This document shows, in pieces, positions 18,710 to 30,668 of a stretch of DNA of 64,000 nucleotides. Made by a program: the position numbers and the translations under genes. Source of the stretch: an uncultured Methanosarcinaceae archaeon. GTDB lineage: Archaea > Halobacteriota > Methanosarcinia > Methanosarcinales > Methanosarcinaceae. Each line of letters begins with the position of its first letter. Position 1 is the first letter of the stretch. The notes beneath the pieces were generated by a model. It worked only from the letters and a program-made list of their open reading frames with translations. It was not told the origin of the DNA and searched no databases. The stretch spans positions 864,001-928,000 of the forward strand of contig CAWJYV010000008.1 of NCBI GenBank assembly GCA_963847185.1, written 5' to 3'.

Positions 18710-20420
18710 GCAGGTCCTCCTTCAGTTTTTCTATTGTAAAAGGCCTCCCATCGTATTTAGTGATCTGGTGCGAAAACTCAAACCCTGTTTCTTCCCTCAT
18801 TAGTTTTGCAAATTGCCCACTGGCGTTGTTTTCTATACAGATGGTCAGGTCTGCGTTCTCGAGAGTCTCAATGTAATCAAACCTATCCCGCTCTGGGAAG
18901 GGGTATATCTGGCTGAAGTGCATCATAGCAGTTTTTTGATCTTTAGATATCATATCAACTACTTCTTTTATTACACCGTAAGTAGAACCATGCCCAACAA
19001 ATACGACCTCTGGAGACATGTTTCCATAAAGGGAGGGAGCTTCTATTTCTTTCTTTATAAGCGGCAGTTTTTTCAGAAGCCTTTTCTGGACCATTTTTAT
19101 ACGGGTTTCCCCGTCTTCTATAATATGCCCGTCTTCATCATGCTCATCACTATCAGCTACAACCAGATGCTTTCCAGACTCTCCGGGGATTGCAAGAAGT
19201 GAGATTCCTGTATCAGAGTATTTGTAACGCTTGTATACTTCTATGCCTTTAAGATCAGCTTCTCTCATGCGGTAATCATTGTAAATCAGGTTCTCCAGGT
19301 CAAAGCTTTCGTAAGTCCACTCGGATTCTGCAAGATACTGGTCAGATAGGATGAATACAGGGATTTGATATTTTTCAGCAAGCTCAAAAGCCCTGTTAGT
19401 TAAGTAAAAAGCCTGTTTCGGGGTCCCTGGTTCAAAGATTACTCGAGGAAACTCTCCATGTCCTGCATTAAGGACAAAAAGCAGATCTCCCTGTTCCGTG
19501 CGTGTAGGGAAACCCGTAGCTGGTCCAGGCCTCTGCATCTCTGCAATCACAATAGGGGTTTCGGTCATTCCTACCAGGGAAAGCCCTTCCACCATAAGGG
19601 AAAATCCTCCTCCGGACGTCCCTGTCATAGCCCTTACACCTGCAAAAGAGGCTCCTGCTGCCATATTAATAGCTGCAATTTCATCTTCAGCCTGCTCAAC
19701 AACCAGGTTATATTCTTCTGCTCTGGAAGCCAGATATTCCATGATTCCTGTGGAAGGTGACATGGGATACGCAGAATAAAACTTACATCCTGACATAATG
19801 GCTCCCATCCCGATTGCATGCAGTCCGGTTATAAGCATGAGCCTTTTGTCTTCAGGTTCACTGATTCCGAACGCTTCGCACTGAGGGCAGTTTGAACGGG
19901 CATAATTATATCCGGCCTCTGCACAGTCTATATTTTTCTGAATTATTTCTTCCCCTTTATCACTGAAAGTCAATCTCAAAGTGTCCTTAAAGGTTTCAAG
20001 CCCGAGATCAATTAATCCAAGCACTGCCCCGGTTGCTACGGTGTTTGCCATTACACTATTCTTTCCGACATCAAGGGCTATTCTTCTGAAAGGGATATCT
20101 ATGAATTCCGGTTCTTCAAACTTCTTTTTGGCAACTTCAGAATCATAAAGGATAAAACCGTTCTTCTTCACACTACCCTTGTGGACCTCTACGGTGTTCC
20201 GGTCAAGAGCTAGAAGAATATCAACCATCTCTCTGGAGGCAGATATTTTCTGGTCGGAAAAGCGGACCTGATAATAATTATGCCCGCCGCGGATCCTGGA
20301 CATGTAGTCCTGGTGCGTAAACACGTAAAACCCTGTTCGGGAAAAGATTTTTGCAAGGGCTCCTCCAATGGTCTGAAGTCCTTGCCCGGCCTCTCCCCCT
20401 ATTCGAAGCGTATAGTCCAG
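18696..20420 (-). CDS. 2-oxoacid:ferredoxin oxidoreductase alpha subunit (gamma-alpha fusion), probable CTG start
   Basis: YPMSPST, QAEDEIAA, GGGFSLM, RPGPATG; the conserved N-terminal IGGEAGQG lies upstream of the ORF-track start. Confidence 0.93.
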   Translation of the reverse strand: MDYTLRIGGEAGQGLQTIGGALAKIFSRTGFYVFTHQDYMSRIRGGHNYYQVRFSDQKISASREMVDILLALDRNTVEVHKGSVKKNGFILYDSEVAKKKFEEPEFIDIPFRRIALDVGKNSVMANTVATGAVLGLIDLGLETFKDTLRLTFSDKGEEIIQKNIDCAEAGYNYARSNCPQCEAFGISEPEDKRLMLITGLHAIGMGAIMSGCKFYSAYPMSPSTGIMEYLASRAEEYNLVVEQAEDEIAAINMAAGASFAGVRAMTGTSGGGFSLMVEGLSLVGMTETPIVIAEMQRPGPATGFPTRTEQGDLLFVLNAGHGEFPRVIFEPGTPKQAFYLTNRAFELAEKYQIPVFILSDQYLAESEWTYESFDLENLIYNDYRMREADLKGIEVYKRYKYSDTGISLLAIPGESGKHLVVADSDEHDEDGHIIEDGETRIKMVQKRLLKKLPLIKKEIEAPSLYGNMSPEVVFVGHGSTYGVIKEVVDMISKDQKTAMMHFSQIYPFPERDRFDYIETLENADLTICIENNASGQFAKLMREETGFEFSHQITKYDGRPFTIEKLKEDLHAYI

Positions 20421-20685
20421 AAACTCAACCCCATCAAATTTACTTTATTTGCCCTGAAAAGTATTATTATTAAGCTTTAAATAATCTTGGTTCTCGCCTT
20501 TCTGAGGGAGATTTGAACAGGAACAATGTCAGAAACAAGCAGTTAATTTATGAGTTAAAATAATGAAGAGTCTTCTCAAAAAGTAATCTTTTGTTCCTAA
20601 TAATTTTTTTCTAAACTCCGCTGAATTCCAGTGCTCTTAAATCTCATAAGACAAAAAAGAATATATTATATAAAACTGGAAATGC

Positions 20686-20721
20686 AGTTCCCTTCCTTGC
20701 TTTTGTATTGGTAAGGGAACT
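20686..20721 (-). terminator. Hairpin AGTTCCCTT...AAGGGAACT downstream of hmgA
   Basis: 9-bp inverted repeat. Confidence 0.45.
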
Positions 20722-20828
20722 TCTTACTTTAAGGTAAAAATTATGTTTTTAATTTTTCAGTTCAAAAGTTATTGAATTGGGTTTTGCTTGTTACTGAGTT
20801 GGGTTTTACTTAGAAGTGTTCTCTGCCT

Positions 20829-22085
20829 TCAGAATTTTCCACGACCTAGCTGGGCATGGGCTCGGGCCAGATGTCCGGCAGCCTGAGCTCCTATCAGGGA
20901 AATTTCTCCTGCAAGCACAGCAGAAGCTACTATTTCTGCAAACTTTCGAGAATTTGTACCGGGAACATCTCCTGCTCCTGCGACTCCAAGAATGTTCAGA
21001 CAATCTCTCTGAGTTCCAAGGCCAGTACCTCCTCCTACGGTTCCCACCGGCAGAGCAGGCAGGGTAACTGAACAGTGAATTTCCTCATATTTTGTAAGCT
21101 CCATGCTCGTAATTGCAGTGCTGCCTTCTACAACATGAGCTACGTCCTGTCCACATGCAAGGTAGATGGCGGCGATAACATTTGCGGCATGGGCGTTGAA
21201 ACCGATGGCTCCAGCTCTTGCCGAGCCTAACAAGTTTTTGCTATAGTTTACCTCAAACATGGATTCAGGTGTGCATTTCAGAGTTTCCTTAACTATTTCT
21301 TTTGGGATGGTAACTTCAGCTACAACAGTTTTTCCTCTTCCAAGAATTGTGCTCATTGAAGCCGGTTTTTTGTCGGTACACATATTTCCTGAAATGGTGA
21401 GGGGGTGTGCTCCAAATTCATCTTCGATCAGGTGCAGTACTGCATCGGTAGCTATAGTTACCATGTTCATACCCATGGCATCCTTAGTATCGTATGAGAA
21501 TCTCAGGTATACATAAGTCCCTGTCACGAAGGGCTTTACAGAAAGCAACTTCCCAAATCGAGTGGTTTTTTCTGCAACAACTTTCATCTGCTCGAAAATT
21601 TCTGGACATTTCACCCATTCATAAAACTTTTTGGCCCGATCAAGGCTCTCAAGTTTAAAAACAGGCGCTCTGGTCATCTCATCTTCAAAAATCCTGACGT
21701 TTGCTCCTCCGGACCTGGTGATTGCCGAACAACCCCTATTTACGCTGGCGACAAGAGCTCCTTCAGTTGTAGCAAGCGGAACATAATATTCAGAATTTGC
21801 ATATTCTCCGTTTACCTTTAGAAGCCCGGCAACACCGAGAGGGACCTGAACTGCTCCAATCATATTTTCAATATTCTTCTTAGTTGCAGTTTCTACATCA
21901 AGGGAAAAGTTCTGGATATGCTCAAACTCGAGCTTTCCAAACTCCTGTATTGCCATTCTCCTAATTTTTACTGCCGTTAGCGGGTCTGTGAAGTCTTCTA
22001 TCTTTCGAAAAGCTACTTCTCCATTCAGAACTTTTTGCAAGACGAGTTTCTCTTCTTCATTTAATTCATAATCTTCTTGAAGCAT
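20829..22085 (-). CDS. hmgA: Hydroxymethylglutaryl-CoA reductase (class I)
   Basis: ENMIG, ATTEGALVAS, DAMGMNM, GTVGGGT; ATG at 22085 after AGGTGA. Confidence 0.96.
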   Translation of the reverse strand: MLQEDYELNEEEKLVLQKVLNGEVAFRKIEDFTDPLTAVKIRRMAIQEFGKLEFEHIQNFSLDVETATKKNIENMIGAVQVPLGVAGLLKVNGEYANSEYYVPLATTEGALVASVNRGCSAITRSGGANVRIFEDEMTRAPVFKLESLDRAKKFYEWVKCPEIFEQMKVVAEKTTRFGKLLSVKPFVTGTYVYLRFSYDTKDAMGMNMVTIATDAVLHLIEDEFGAHPLTISGNMCTDKKPASMSTILGRGKTVVAEVTIPKEIVKETLKCTPESMFEVNYSKNLLGSARAGAIGFNAHAANVIAAIYLACGQDVAHVVEGSTAITSMELTKYEEIHCSVTLPALPVGTVGGGTGLGTQRDCLNILGVAGAGDVPGTNSRKFAEIVASAVLAGEISLIGAQAAGHLARAHAQLGRGKF

Positions 22086-22603
22086 GAAGTCACCTGCCAA
22101 ACTTTTATTTAATTACTAAAACCATTAACTCAAAGGCTGAAATATACAATGTTTATTAGAGATATCGTTCACGTAGCATCCATTTTTATGTTAGTTATGT
22201 GCATATTGGCATATAACCCATTCCTTGTTGTGATTTTCAGGTTATTTCGTATACTGTCAAAAATTAGCAGTAATATATAATAAAGCTTTGTCGGTTTTTG
22301 CATTCAGTCAGAAAAACACTTTGAATCTCGCTTTGTAAAATCTATTATTATCTAAATATTTTAAATTAAGATAACTTGAGCTGTTGAGTTAACATTAAAG
22401 GAACGAGTTTGGATTTATGTAAGTAAACTATAAAGTGACTTGAGAAAGGAAAGAACAGATCAAAGTCTGAAGGATATTCTTGAGAAGTTGATTCGAAGAC
22501 GGTTAAACTAAAGGATAAATTATATTTCCTAAGTTAAATACGAAAATTTATATTGTATGCTGGCTGGAAACTGGCATCTTCTTTTATTTTTTAAGTTTCC
22601 CGA

Positions 22604-22972
22604 TTAGAAATTAATAATTAACTGATTTTCTTCCGTATATGTCAAAAAAAGTTCGGCTACCTCTTTTGAGCAGATAAATTCGATTCCAGGAATCAATTCT
22701 TCTTTTTTAAGCCCTATCATATCTGAGGCAAGCTGACAGCATCGAAACTCTACTCCCATATCAATGCATTCCTGAACAGAAGCATCATACTTTGGGGATC
22801 CTCTTGTTTTATCTTTTTTTGCGAGCAGCACTCCCATAGGACCCCATAAAATAACCAGGACTTCGAGTCCTTTACTTCGATAGTACTTTGCAAACTTGAG
22901 AGTTTCCTGCGGGCTGGTGCTCTCGTACACCATATTTTTGAGTAGTAATAATACCTTTTCGACTTTTGTCAT
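22604..22972 (-). CDS. DsrE/DsrF-like protein
   Basis: Size and 'GVEFRCCQLASDMIGLKKEELIPGIE' pattern. Confidence 0.7.
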   Translation of the reverse strand: MTKVEKVLLLLKNMVYESTSPQETLKFAKYYRSKGLEVLVILWGPMGVLLAKKDKTRGSPKYDASVQECIDMGVEFRCCQLASDMIGLKKEELIPGIEFICSKEVAELFLTYTEENQLIINF

Positions 22973-23317
22973 AAGAACCCCAGGTCTGAAAAATACATTT
23001 CTGAAACAGATTACCTGGATGTATATAAAGTTTCACATTTAAAATATATAATAATATGATTTCTTCCTCCCGGTTTATCTGTCTTACTTATTTTTCCTTT
23101 TTTCTCCCTAAATGTTTAAATCTTTTTGGTGTTTGATACATTTCAGGATTTCTTATCTTTTACATTTTAGCTGCCTTATCTTTTTGGAAATAGGACTTAA
23201 TAATTTTTTTCTTTTCTTTATGTGAAACTTTCAATCTGCACTATCAGTGAAAACTTTTATGTACTTAATATAATTATATATATAGTGTTTATATATTTCT
23301 TGGGAGAGTGGTGAAAT

Positions 23318-25336
23318 ATGGCTTCCATAGATTCTCATTTAGATGGGGGGGACCTGAAAGGTTCATCTCAAAATTCGATCGACAGTGGAACTTCAGAAGC
23401 AACTGATATAAGTTGGATACTTGATAATCTTCCTGTAACTGTGTTTAGAGTATCAGGTAAATCGTCCTGGGGTATGGATTACATAAGCAATGATGTTGAG
23501 AAATTAACAGGTTATTCTAAAATGAATTTCCTTAATCGAAAATTGTCATGGTTCGACATCATTCTTCCAGAAGATATTCCATTACACGAGGAAATTGTAA
23601 AGAAAGCAAAGAAAAACAAAACTCCTTATCAGGTTGATTATAGAATCAAAAAATCTAATGGTAGTATAATATTCGTCCAGGAGCAGGCTCAATTAATTTT
23701 CGATGAAGGGGGAAAACTGACTCATATTGAAGGAGTGTTTTTAGACGTAACTGCACACATAACACAAAATGAACAATCTATGAAGGTAATTGTAAACAGT
23801 ATACCTAAACCAGCATTTGCATATTTTGTAGATTCATCTAGAAAAATAAAATTCCTTAATGATTATTTTGCAGAAATATGTCACCTTAAAAGCATGGATG
23901 ATTTCGTTGGTCTATCGCCTGCAGATATCATAGAAAGTAGTACTCTTGTGCAGGGTAATAATAAAACTAAATCTGTTGCTGAAACAGTACTCGAAACCGG
24001 GCAAGGTGTTTATGATATCGAAGGATCTGTTAAACTCAAGGGTGCAGATAAAAGTTTATTTGTGGTATGTTCTTCAATGCCAATAAAAGATGAAAATAAT
24101 ATTATTCTAGGCAGCCTCACGATCCTAACCGATATGACCGAAATGAAAGAGAAAGAGCAAGAAATTCGGGAACTTTTAGATTACACTAACAGTTGTTTGA
24201 AAGAACTTGGGGAAGGGATCCTGCAAGTCAGTGAAGGTAACCTTAGTATTGCTCTTGAAAAAATCAAGGATGATGAATTTGGTAAGACTTTTGATGAGTT
24301 CAATACTCTTGTAATTAATCTTAGCTCGATTGTGAATGAAATATTGGAAGATATGACTCAAACTCTGGAAGAAGCTCAGCAGTCTGAAGAAGCTGTCAGC
24401 CAGATGAATACGGGCATGCAGCAGATTTCAACGGCTGCAGAACAAATCGCAACCGGTTCAGAGAACCTCTCAAGGCATGCGGGTACAGCGGCCTCAGAGG
24501 TAAAAGCTTCTCAGGAAATTTTCAGAAAACTTGATCAATCTTCAACCAGATCTGTCAATTATGCTTCCCAGGCAGATAAAGCCAGTCAAGAAACCCAGAA
24601 CCTTGGGGGTATGGCTCTTGAAGATCTGGGACACTTTGTTGCCGAGATTTCAAAACTCGGAAGTATTGTTCAGTCTCTGGATACCGCTGTTAATAATATC
24701 GGTGCTGTTACCGGCAAAATCAAATCAATCGCTGACCAGACAAACCTTCTTGCATTAAATGCGGCTATTGAAGCTGCACGAGCCGGAGAACACGGCCGGG
24801 GGTTTGCTGTTGTTGCCGATGAGGTCAGAAAACTTGCTGCAGACTCAAGGAAAAGCACTGACGACATCAATGAGATTGTTACAAATGTTCAGAAAGAAAC
24901 CAAAAAAGTTACCGAAGCGATTGACAGAGCCCAGGTTAGTGCTGATACCGGCAACAAGAACATTAAACAGGCTTTGAACAAAGCTAATGAGATTGCCAAT
25001 GCTGTCAATACTATCAATACCATGCTTTCTGACCTTAGTAAACTTGCAGAAGAGGGCCTTGAGAAAATTGAGAATATTGATAAGAGCATCAGTGAAGCTG
25101 CATCAACAGCTGAGGAAAACGCAGCCAGCAGCGAAGAAACCTCCGCAGCTATTGAGCAACAGACAGCTGCAATGCAGCAGGTAAGCAGTTCTGTACAGAG
25201 TGTTAATGGCCTTGCGCAGAAAACAGTCAACGTGCTACTGGAAAACTTTAAAGTTTCAAAAGAAGAGAAAAGAAATCAGAAATCCTCTCCAAAATCTCAA
25301 AATTCTGATAGAAGAGGAAATTCAAGAAGACACTGA
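23318..25336 (+). CDS. Soluble methyl-accepting chemotaxis protein (PAS-PAS-HAMP-MA), copy 1
   Basis: [37 protein letters not shown]; PAS motifs; no TM helix. Confidence 0.95.
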   Translation: MASIDSHLDGGDLKGSSQNSIDSGTSEATDISWILDNLPVTVFRVSGKSSWGMDYISNDVEKLTGYSKMNFLNRKLSWFDIILPEDIPLHEEIVKKAKKNKTPYQVDYRIKKSNGSIIFVQEQAQLIFDEGGKLTHIEGVFLDVTAHITQNEQSMKVIVNSIPKPAFAYFVDSSRKIKFLNDYFAEICHLKSMDDFVGLSPADIIESSTLVQGNNKTKSVAETVLETGQGVYDIEGSVKLKGADKSLFVVCSSMPIKDENNIILGSLTILTDMTEMKEKEQEIRELLDYTNSCLKELGEGILQVSEGNLSIALEKIKDDEFGKTFDEFNTLVINLSSIVNEILEDMTQTLEEAQQSEEAVSQMNTGMQQISTAAEQIATGSENLSRHAGTAASEVKASQEIFRKLDQSSTRSVNYASQADKASQETQNLGGMALEDLGHFVAEISKLGSIVQSLDTAVNNIGAVTGKIKSIADQTNLLALNAAIEAARAGEHGRGFAVVADEVRKLAADSRKSTDDINEIVTNVQKETKKVTEAIDRAQVSADTGNKNIKQALNKANEIANAVNTINTMLSDLSKLAEEGLEKIENIDKSISEAASTAEENAASSEETSAAIEQQTAAMQQVSSSVQSVNGLAQKTVNVLLENFKVSKEEKRNQKSSPKSQNSDRRGNSRRH

Positions 25337-25873
25337 ACGCCTGATTCGGAAATGTTATTCTCAAGGGCTAACTGAGTAAAGAACAACTCTATTAGCCTTT
25401 TTCTGTTTTCCAGTTCAATCTCGGGTAATGGGCACGAGTTATTGAAAAACGTAAGCATAATACTCTTTCTACATTTCTCTCAAATATGGGTATGTACTCG
25501 CTTTTTAGTAATTGATCAATAAATCACGGGCACGACCCCATAATCTTTTCATTACAAAAAAACTGTTCTTGTATTCCCATACCCTCCATGCTTATCCTCC
25601 ATGCTTATATAACTTCAAGTGATTTAAATAAACTTTTTTCGCCTGGAAGTGTAACTATTTTTTAACAATTTTATTCTTTAGTGAGTCTTCATAATATTGC
25701 GGTCTTTGTGAATTCTTACTTTATATGCTTTTTTGTTAAATGGTAAATAATTCATCTGGATTTGATTAAATTTAGGATTGATAGAGTATTTCTCGTAGTC
25801 ACCTATAAATTTAAATACATTATATAATTATTATTATAGTTAATATATAATGTCATTAGGAGATTGGTGAAAT

Positions 25874-27865
25874 ATGGTGTCAAATGATTCTGATTTTGTG
25901 CAAAATCCTCCGGTGAAAATATCTGAAAATTTATTTAAAGATGTGGATTCTGCAGTAAACGAAATAAGCTGGCTAATAGATAATCTTCCGGTAACTGTTT
26001 TTAGAGCCTCGAGCAAATTATCGTGGGGCCTAGAATTCATAAGTAATGATGTTGAAAAATTGACTGGCCACTCTAAAAAAGATTTTATTTCCCAAAAATT
26101 AACATGGACAGATATCATTTTTTCAGAGGATCTCCCAGAATATGATAAAATTATAAAAAATGCAAGGAAAAATAAAACTCCCTATCAAGTTGAATATAGA
26201 ATCAAAAAATCGGATGATAAAACTGTATTCATTCAAGAACAAGCTTATTTCTTTAATAGTGGGGACGGAAAAATAACTTATATTAACGGGGTTTTTTTAG
26301 ATATCACTCCTCAAATCAAAAAACAAAATGAATCTGTGGAGATGATTGTTACCAGTATACCCGAGCCATCATTTGCAGTCTATGTCGATGAATCTGGAAA
26401 GATAAAATATATTAATGATTATTTTGTGAAAGCTTGTAAATTTAAAAGTGCTGAGGCAGTTATCGGCATAACAACTGCTCAATTATTGGAGACTAATTCT
26501 AAAAAAACAATCTCTGATAAAGTAATGGAAACTGGAGAGGGAGTTTATAATATTGAAAAATCTTTTAAATTTAAAGCTTTAGACAAACCTCTTTTCACTG
26601 TACTTTCAGCAGTTCCAATAAAAAATGAAGCTGGAGTCATTGTAGGCAGTCTGACGGTCATGACTGATATGACTGAGATGAAAGAAAAAGAGCAGGAAAT
26701 TCAGACTCTTTTAGATTACACTAATGCCTGTCTTAAAGAACTTGGCGAAAGTATTCACAAGGTAGGGGAAGGGGATCTTGATATCCATCTAGAAAAAGTC
26801 AAGGATGATGATTTCGGTAAGACTTTTGATGAGTTCAATAAACTTGTGATTAATCTAAAGCTGGTTATTGAAGATATTCTAGAGGATATGACTCGAACTC
26901 TGAAAGAGGCTCAGCAGTCTGAAGAGGCTGTCAGCCAGATGAATACGGGCATGCAGCAGATTTCATCGGCTGCGGAACAAATCGCAACCGGTTCAGAGAA
27001 TCTCTCAAGGCATGCGGGTACCGCAGCCTCAGAGGTAAAAGCTTCTCAGGAAATTTTCAGAAAACTTGATAAGTCTTCCTCCAAGTCCTCCGATTATGCT
27101 CTTCAAGCAGGTAAAACCAGTCAAGAAACTCAGAACCTTGGGGGTATGGCTCTTGAAGACCTGGGACACTTTGTTGCCGAGATTTCAAAACTCGGAAGCA
27201 TTGTTCAGTCTCTGGATACCGCTGTTAATAATATCGGTGCTGTTACCGGCAAAATCAAATCAATCGCTGACCAGACAAACCTTCTTGCATTAAATGCGGC
27301 TATTGAAGCTGCACGAGCCGGAGAACACGGCCGCGGGTTTGCTGTTGTTGCCGATGAGGTCAGAAAACTTGCTGCAGACTCAAGGAAAAGCACTGACGAC
27401 ATCAATGAGATTGTTACAAATGTTCAGAAAGAAACCAAAAAAGTTACCGAAGCAATTGATAGAGCTCAGGTTAGTGCTGACACCGGTAACAAGAACATTA
27501 AACAGGCTTTGAACAAAGCTAATGAGATTGCCGACGCTGTTAATACTATCAATACCATGCTTTCTGAGCTTAATAAACTTACAGAAGAAGGTCTTGAGAA
27601 AATTGAGAATATTGATAAGAGCATCAGTGAAGCTGCATCAACAGCTGAGGAAAACGCAGCCAGCAGCGAAGAAACCTCCGCAGCTATTGAGCAACAGACA
27701 GCAGCAATGCAGCAGGTAAGCAGCTCTGTACAGCATGTTAATGGCCTTGCGCAGAAAACAGTCAATATGTTGCTGGAAAACTTCAATGTTTCGAGTGAAG
27801 GAAAAAGCAGTCAGAACTCCTCTCCAAAGTCTCAAAACTTCGATAGAAGAGGAAATTCAAGATAA
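25874..27865 (+). CDS. Soluble MCP, copy 2
   Basis: Same architecture and hairpin-tip motif. Confidence 0.95.
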   Translation: MVSNDSDFVQNPPVKISENLFKDVDSAVNEISWLIDNLPVTVFRASSKLSWGLEFISNDVEKLTGHSKKDFISQKLTWTDIIFSEDLPEYDKIIKNARKNKTPYQVEYRIKKSDDKTVFIQEQAYFFNSGDGKITYINGVFLDITPQIKKQNESVEMIVTSIPEPSFAVYVDESGKIKYINDYFVKACKFKSAEAVIGITTAQLLETNSKKTISDKVMETGEGVYNIEKSFKFKALDKPLFTVLSAVPIKNEAGVIVGSLTVMTDMTEMKEKEQEIQTLLDYTNACLKELGESIHKVGEGDLDIHLEKVKDDDFGKTFDEFNKLVINLKLVIEDILEDMTRTLKEAQQSEEAVSQMNTGMQQISSAAEQIATGSENLSRHAGTAASEVKASQEIFRKLDKSSSKSSDYALQAGKTSQETQNLGGMALEDLGHFVAEISKLGSIVQSLDTAVNNIGAVTGKIKSIADQTNLLALNAAIEAARAGEHGRGFAVVADEVRKLAADSRKSTDDINEIVTNVQKETKKVTEAIDRAQVSADTGNKNIKQALNKANEIADAVNTINTMLSELNKLTEEGLEKIENIDKSISEAASTAEENAASSEETSAAIEQQTAAMQQVSSSVQHVNGLAQKTVNMLLENFNVSSEGKSSQNSSPKSQNFDRRGNSR

Positions 27866-28112
27866 TACTGAAATGGATCCAGAAATATTAGATTCAAGGG
27901 CTAATCTGTATAGATAATACTGTAACCCTTTTTTTATACTGTTTATTACAATTTTTTACTTATATTTCTTATTTTTCAATTTGTAACTAATCAGTTGTTT
28001 GTAGCCTTTATCATGATTGGATGCAAGGTTTTTGATTTAACCTATACATTTAAATACTTTATACAATTATACATATAGTTATTATATAAATTTTTAGGGG
28101 TTTGGATTTAAT

Positions 28113-30110
28113 ATGGAGTCTACAGATTCTATTTTAGAGAATACGAAACAAAAAAAAGTATCTAAAAATTCGAGTGAAGATGTCGATTCAAAAACAGCAG
28201 ATATAAGCTGGCTAATAGATAATCTTCCAATAACAATTTTTAGAGTTTCAAATGAGTCTTCATGGGGTATACTTTACATCAGTAAAAACGTCGAGAGACT
28301 AACAGGATACTCTAAAAAAGATTTTGTTAGTCAAAAGTTATCATGGTCTGACATTGTTTTCCCAGAGGATGTGCAGCTAATCGATAAAGTTATTGATAAA
28401 GCAACAAAGAACAAAACTTCCTATCAGGTTGAGTATAGGATCAAAAAATCCGATGGTAGTACAGTATTCATCCAGGAACAGGCTCATCTGGTGGACGATG
28501 AAAAAGGAAATCTGGCCTATATTGACGGGGTATTTTTGGATATAACTCCTCAAATAAAAAGAAGAGAAGATTCTCAAAAGGCTATTGTTAGTGGCATACC
28601 TCAACCATCACTTGCACTTTACGTAGATACATCTGGAAAAATTAAGTATATTAATGACTATTTTGTGAAAATGTGTAAATTCAGGAATGCAGATGACGCA
28701 GTAGGTTTGTCACCTACTGATTTGATGGAGAGCGGGGGTAAAAAATCAATTGCTGAAGTTGTACTGGAATCCGGAGAAGCGGTTTATAACCGTCAGAGAG
28801 AACTTAAACTAAAGGCTCAGGATAAACCATTCTTTACAGTAACTTCTTCTGTCCCCGTAAAAGATGATGTGGGGGCTATTGTCGGTAACATTACTATCAT
28901 TACTAATATGACTGAGATGAAAGAGAAAGAAAAGGAAATTCAGGATCTTTTAGATTACACTAATGCCTGTCTTAAAGAACTTGGCGAAGGCATCCAAAAA
29001 GTTGGGGGAGGGGATCTTGATGTCTATCTGGAAAAATTTAAGGATGACGATTTCGGTAAAATCTTTGATAGTTTCAATAAACTTGTGATTAATCTAAAGT
29101 TGGTTATTGAAGAGATTCTAGAGGACATGACTCATACTTTGGAAGAGGCTCAGCAGTCCGAAGAAGCTGTCAGCCAGATGAATATGGGCATGCAGCAGAT
29201 TTCAACGGCTGCAGAACAGATCGCAACCGGTTCAGAGAACCTCTCAAGGCATGCGGGTACAGCGGCCTCAGAGGTAAAAGCTTCTCAGGAAATTTTCAGA
29301 AAACTTGATCAGTCCTCCTCCAAGTCTTCAGATTATGCTCTTCAAGCAGGTAAAACCAGTCAAGAAACCCAGAACCTTGGGGGTATGGCTCTTGAAGATC
29401 TGGGACACTTTGTTGCCGAGATTTCAAAACTCGGAAGCATTGTTCAGTCTCTGGATACCGCTGTTAATAATATCGGTGCTGTTACCGGCAAAATCAAATC
29501 AATCGCTGACCAGACAAACCTTCTTGCATTAAATGCGGCTATTGAAGCTGCACGAGCCGGAGAACACGGCCGCGGGTTTGCTGTTGTTGCCGATGAGGTC
29601 AGAAAACTTGCTGCAGACTCAAGGAAAAGCACTGACGACATCAATGAGATTGTTACAAATGTTCAGAAAGAAACCAAAAAAGTTACCGAAGCGATTGATA
29701 GAGCTCAGGTTAGTGCTGACACCGGGAATAAGAACATTAAACAGGCTTTGAACAAAGCCAATGAGATTGCCAATGCTGTCAATACTATTAATACCATGCT
29801 TTCTGAACTTAATAAACTTACAGAAGAAGGCCTTGAGAAAATTGAGAATATTGATAAGAGCATCAGTGAAGCTGCATCAACAGCTGAGGAAAACGCAGCC
29901 AGCAGCGAAGAAACCTCTGCAGCTATTGAGCAACAGACAGCTGCAATGCAGCAGGTAAGCAGTTCTGTACAGAGTGTTAATGGCCTTGCTCAAAAAACTG
30001 TTGATACACTTCTAGAAAACTTCAAAGTATCGAGCGAAGGAAAAAACAATCAGAAATCCTCTCCAAAGCCTCAAAATCTCGATAGAAGGGGAAACTCAAG
30101 GAGATACTGA
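28113..30110 (+). CDS. Soluble MCP, copy 3
   Basis: Same architecture and hairpin-tip motif. Confidence 0.95.
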   Translation: MESTDSILENTKQKKVSKNSSEDVDSKTADISWLIDNLPITIFRVSNESSWGILYISKNVERLTGYSKKDFVSQKLSWSDIVFPEDVQLIDKVIDKATKNKTSYQVEYRIKKSDGSTVFIQEQAHLVDDEKGNLAYIDGVFLDITPQIKRREDSQKAIVSGIPQPSLALYVDTSGKIKYINDYFVKMCKFRNADDAVGLSPTDLMESGGKKSIAEVVLESGEAVYNRQRELKLKAQDKPFFTVTSSVPVKDDVGAIVGNITIITNMTEMKEKEKEIQDLLDYTNACLKELGEGIQKVGGGDLDVYLEKFKDDDFGKIFDSFNKLVINLKLVIEEILEDMTHTLEEAQQSEEAVSQMNMGMQQISTAAEQIATGSENLSRHAGTAASEVKASQEIFRKLDQSSSKSSDYALQAGKTSQETQNLGGMALEDLGHFVAEISKLGSIVQSLDTAVNNIGAVTGKIKSIADQTNLLALNAAIEAARAGEHGRGFAVVADEVRKLAADSRKSTDDINEIVTNVQKETKKVTEAIDRAQVSADTGNKNIKQALNKANEIANAVNTINTMLSELNKLTEEGLEKIENIDKSISEAASTAEENAASSEETSAAIEQQTAAMQQVSSSVQSVNGLAQKTVDTLLENFKVSSEGKNNQKSSPKPQNLDRRGNSRRY

Positions 30111-30136
30111 ACGTCGGATCCAAGAATCTTAAATCG

Positions 30137-30176
30137 AGGGCTAATTAAATAAACACAACCCTATTAGCCCTTTTTT
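30137..30176 (+). terminator. Hairpin plus T-tract between MCP3 and cheW
   Basis: AGGGCTAAT...ATTAGCCCT-TTTTT; related hairpins follow MCP1 (25363-25402) and MCP2 (about 27897-27935). Confidence 0.6.
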
Positions 30177-30188
30177 CAGGTGATACAA

Positions 30189-30668
30189 ATGAGTTATCAT
30201 AATCAAATTGTTAATGTGGATAACACGATTCAGGTAATTATATTCAGTCTCGGTGAAGAAAGATATGGAGTTGAAATTTCTCAGGTAAAAGAGATCATTC
30301 TTCCTACTCAAATTACTCGAATCCCAAATGTGCCTGCTTTTGTAGAGGGAGTCTTAAATCTCAGAGGCCAAATTGCAGTCATTGTCAACCTCAGAAAAAG
30401 GCTCGGAAAAGAACCGAAAAAGAACGATGAAAACACCAGAATTATTGTAATTGAATACGGTAATTCTACCATAGGTATGATGGTTGATAGCGTTAGCGAG
30501 GTCAAGTACCTTTCTTCCAAAAATATCGAAGAAATACCCAGATTTTTAGCTTTAAAAGAGGAATCTAAGTTCTTGAAGGGAGTAGGGAAACTCGAGGATG
30601 GGCTTCTCACTTTAATGGATCTTAAAGAGTTGTTTAGTGAAGATGAACTCAAGGAGATACAGGGATGA
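30189..30668 (+). CDS. cheW: Chemotaxis coupling protein CheW
   Basis: ITRIPNVPAFVEGVLNLRG, GMMVDSVSEV; AGGTGA RBS. Confidence 0.95.
   Translation: MSYHNQIVNVDNTIQVIIFSLGEERYGVEISQVKEIILPTQITRIPNVPAFVEGVLNLRGQIAVIVNLRKRLGKEPKKNDENTRIIVIEYGNSTIGMMVDSVSEVKYLSSKNIEEIPRFLALKEESKFLKGVGKLEDGLLTLMDLKELFSEDELKEIQG

Noticed and set aside
24531-29958. Recurrent small alternative-frame ORFs inside the MCP genes
   Set aside because: They recur only because the underlying MCP DNA is nearly identical
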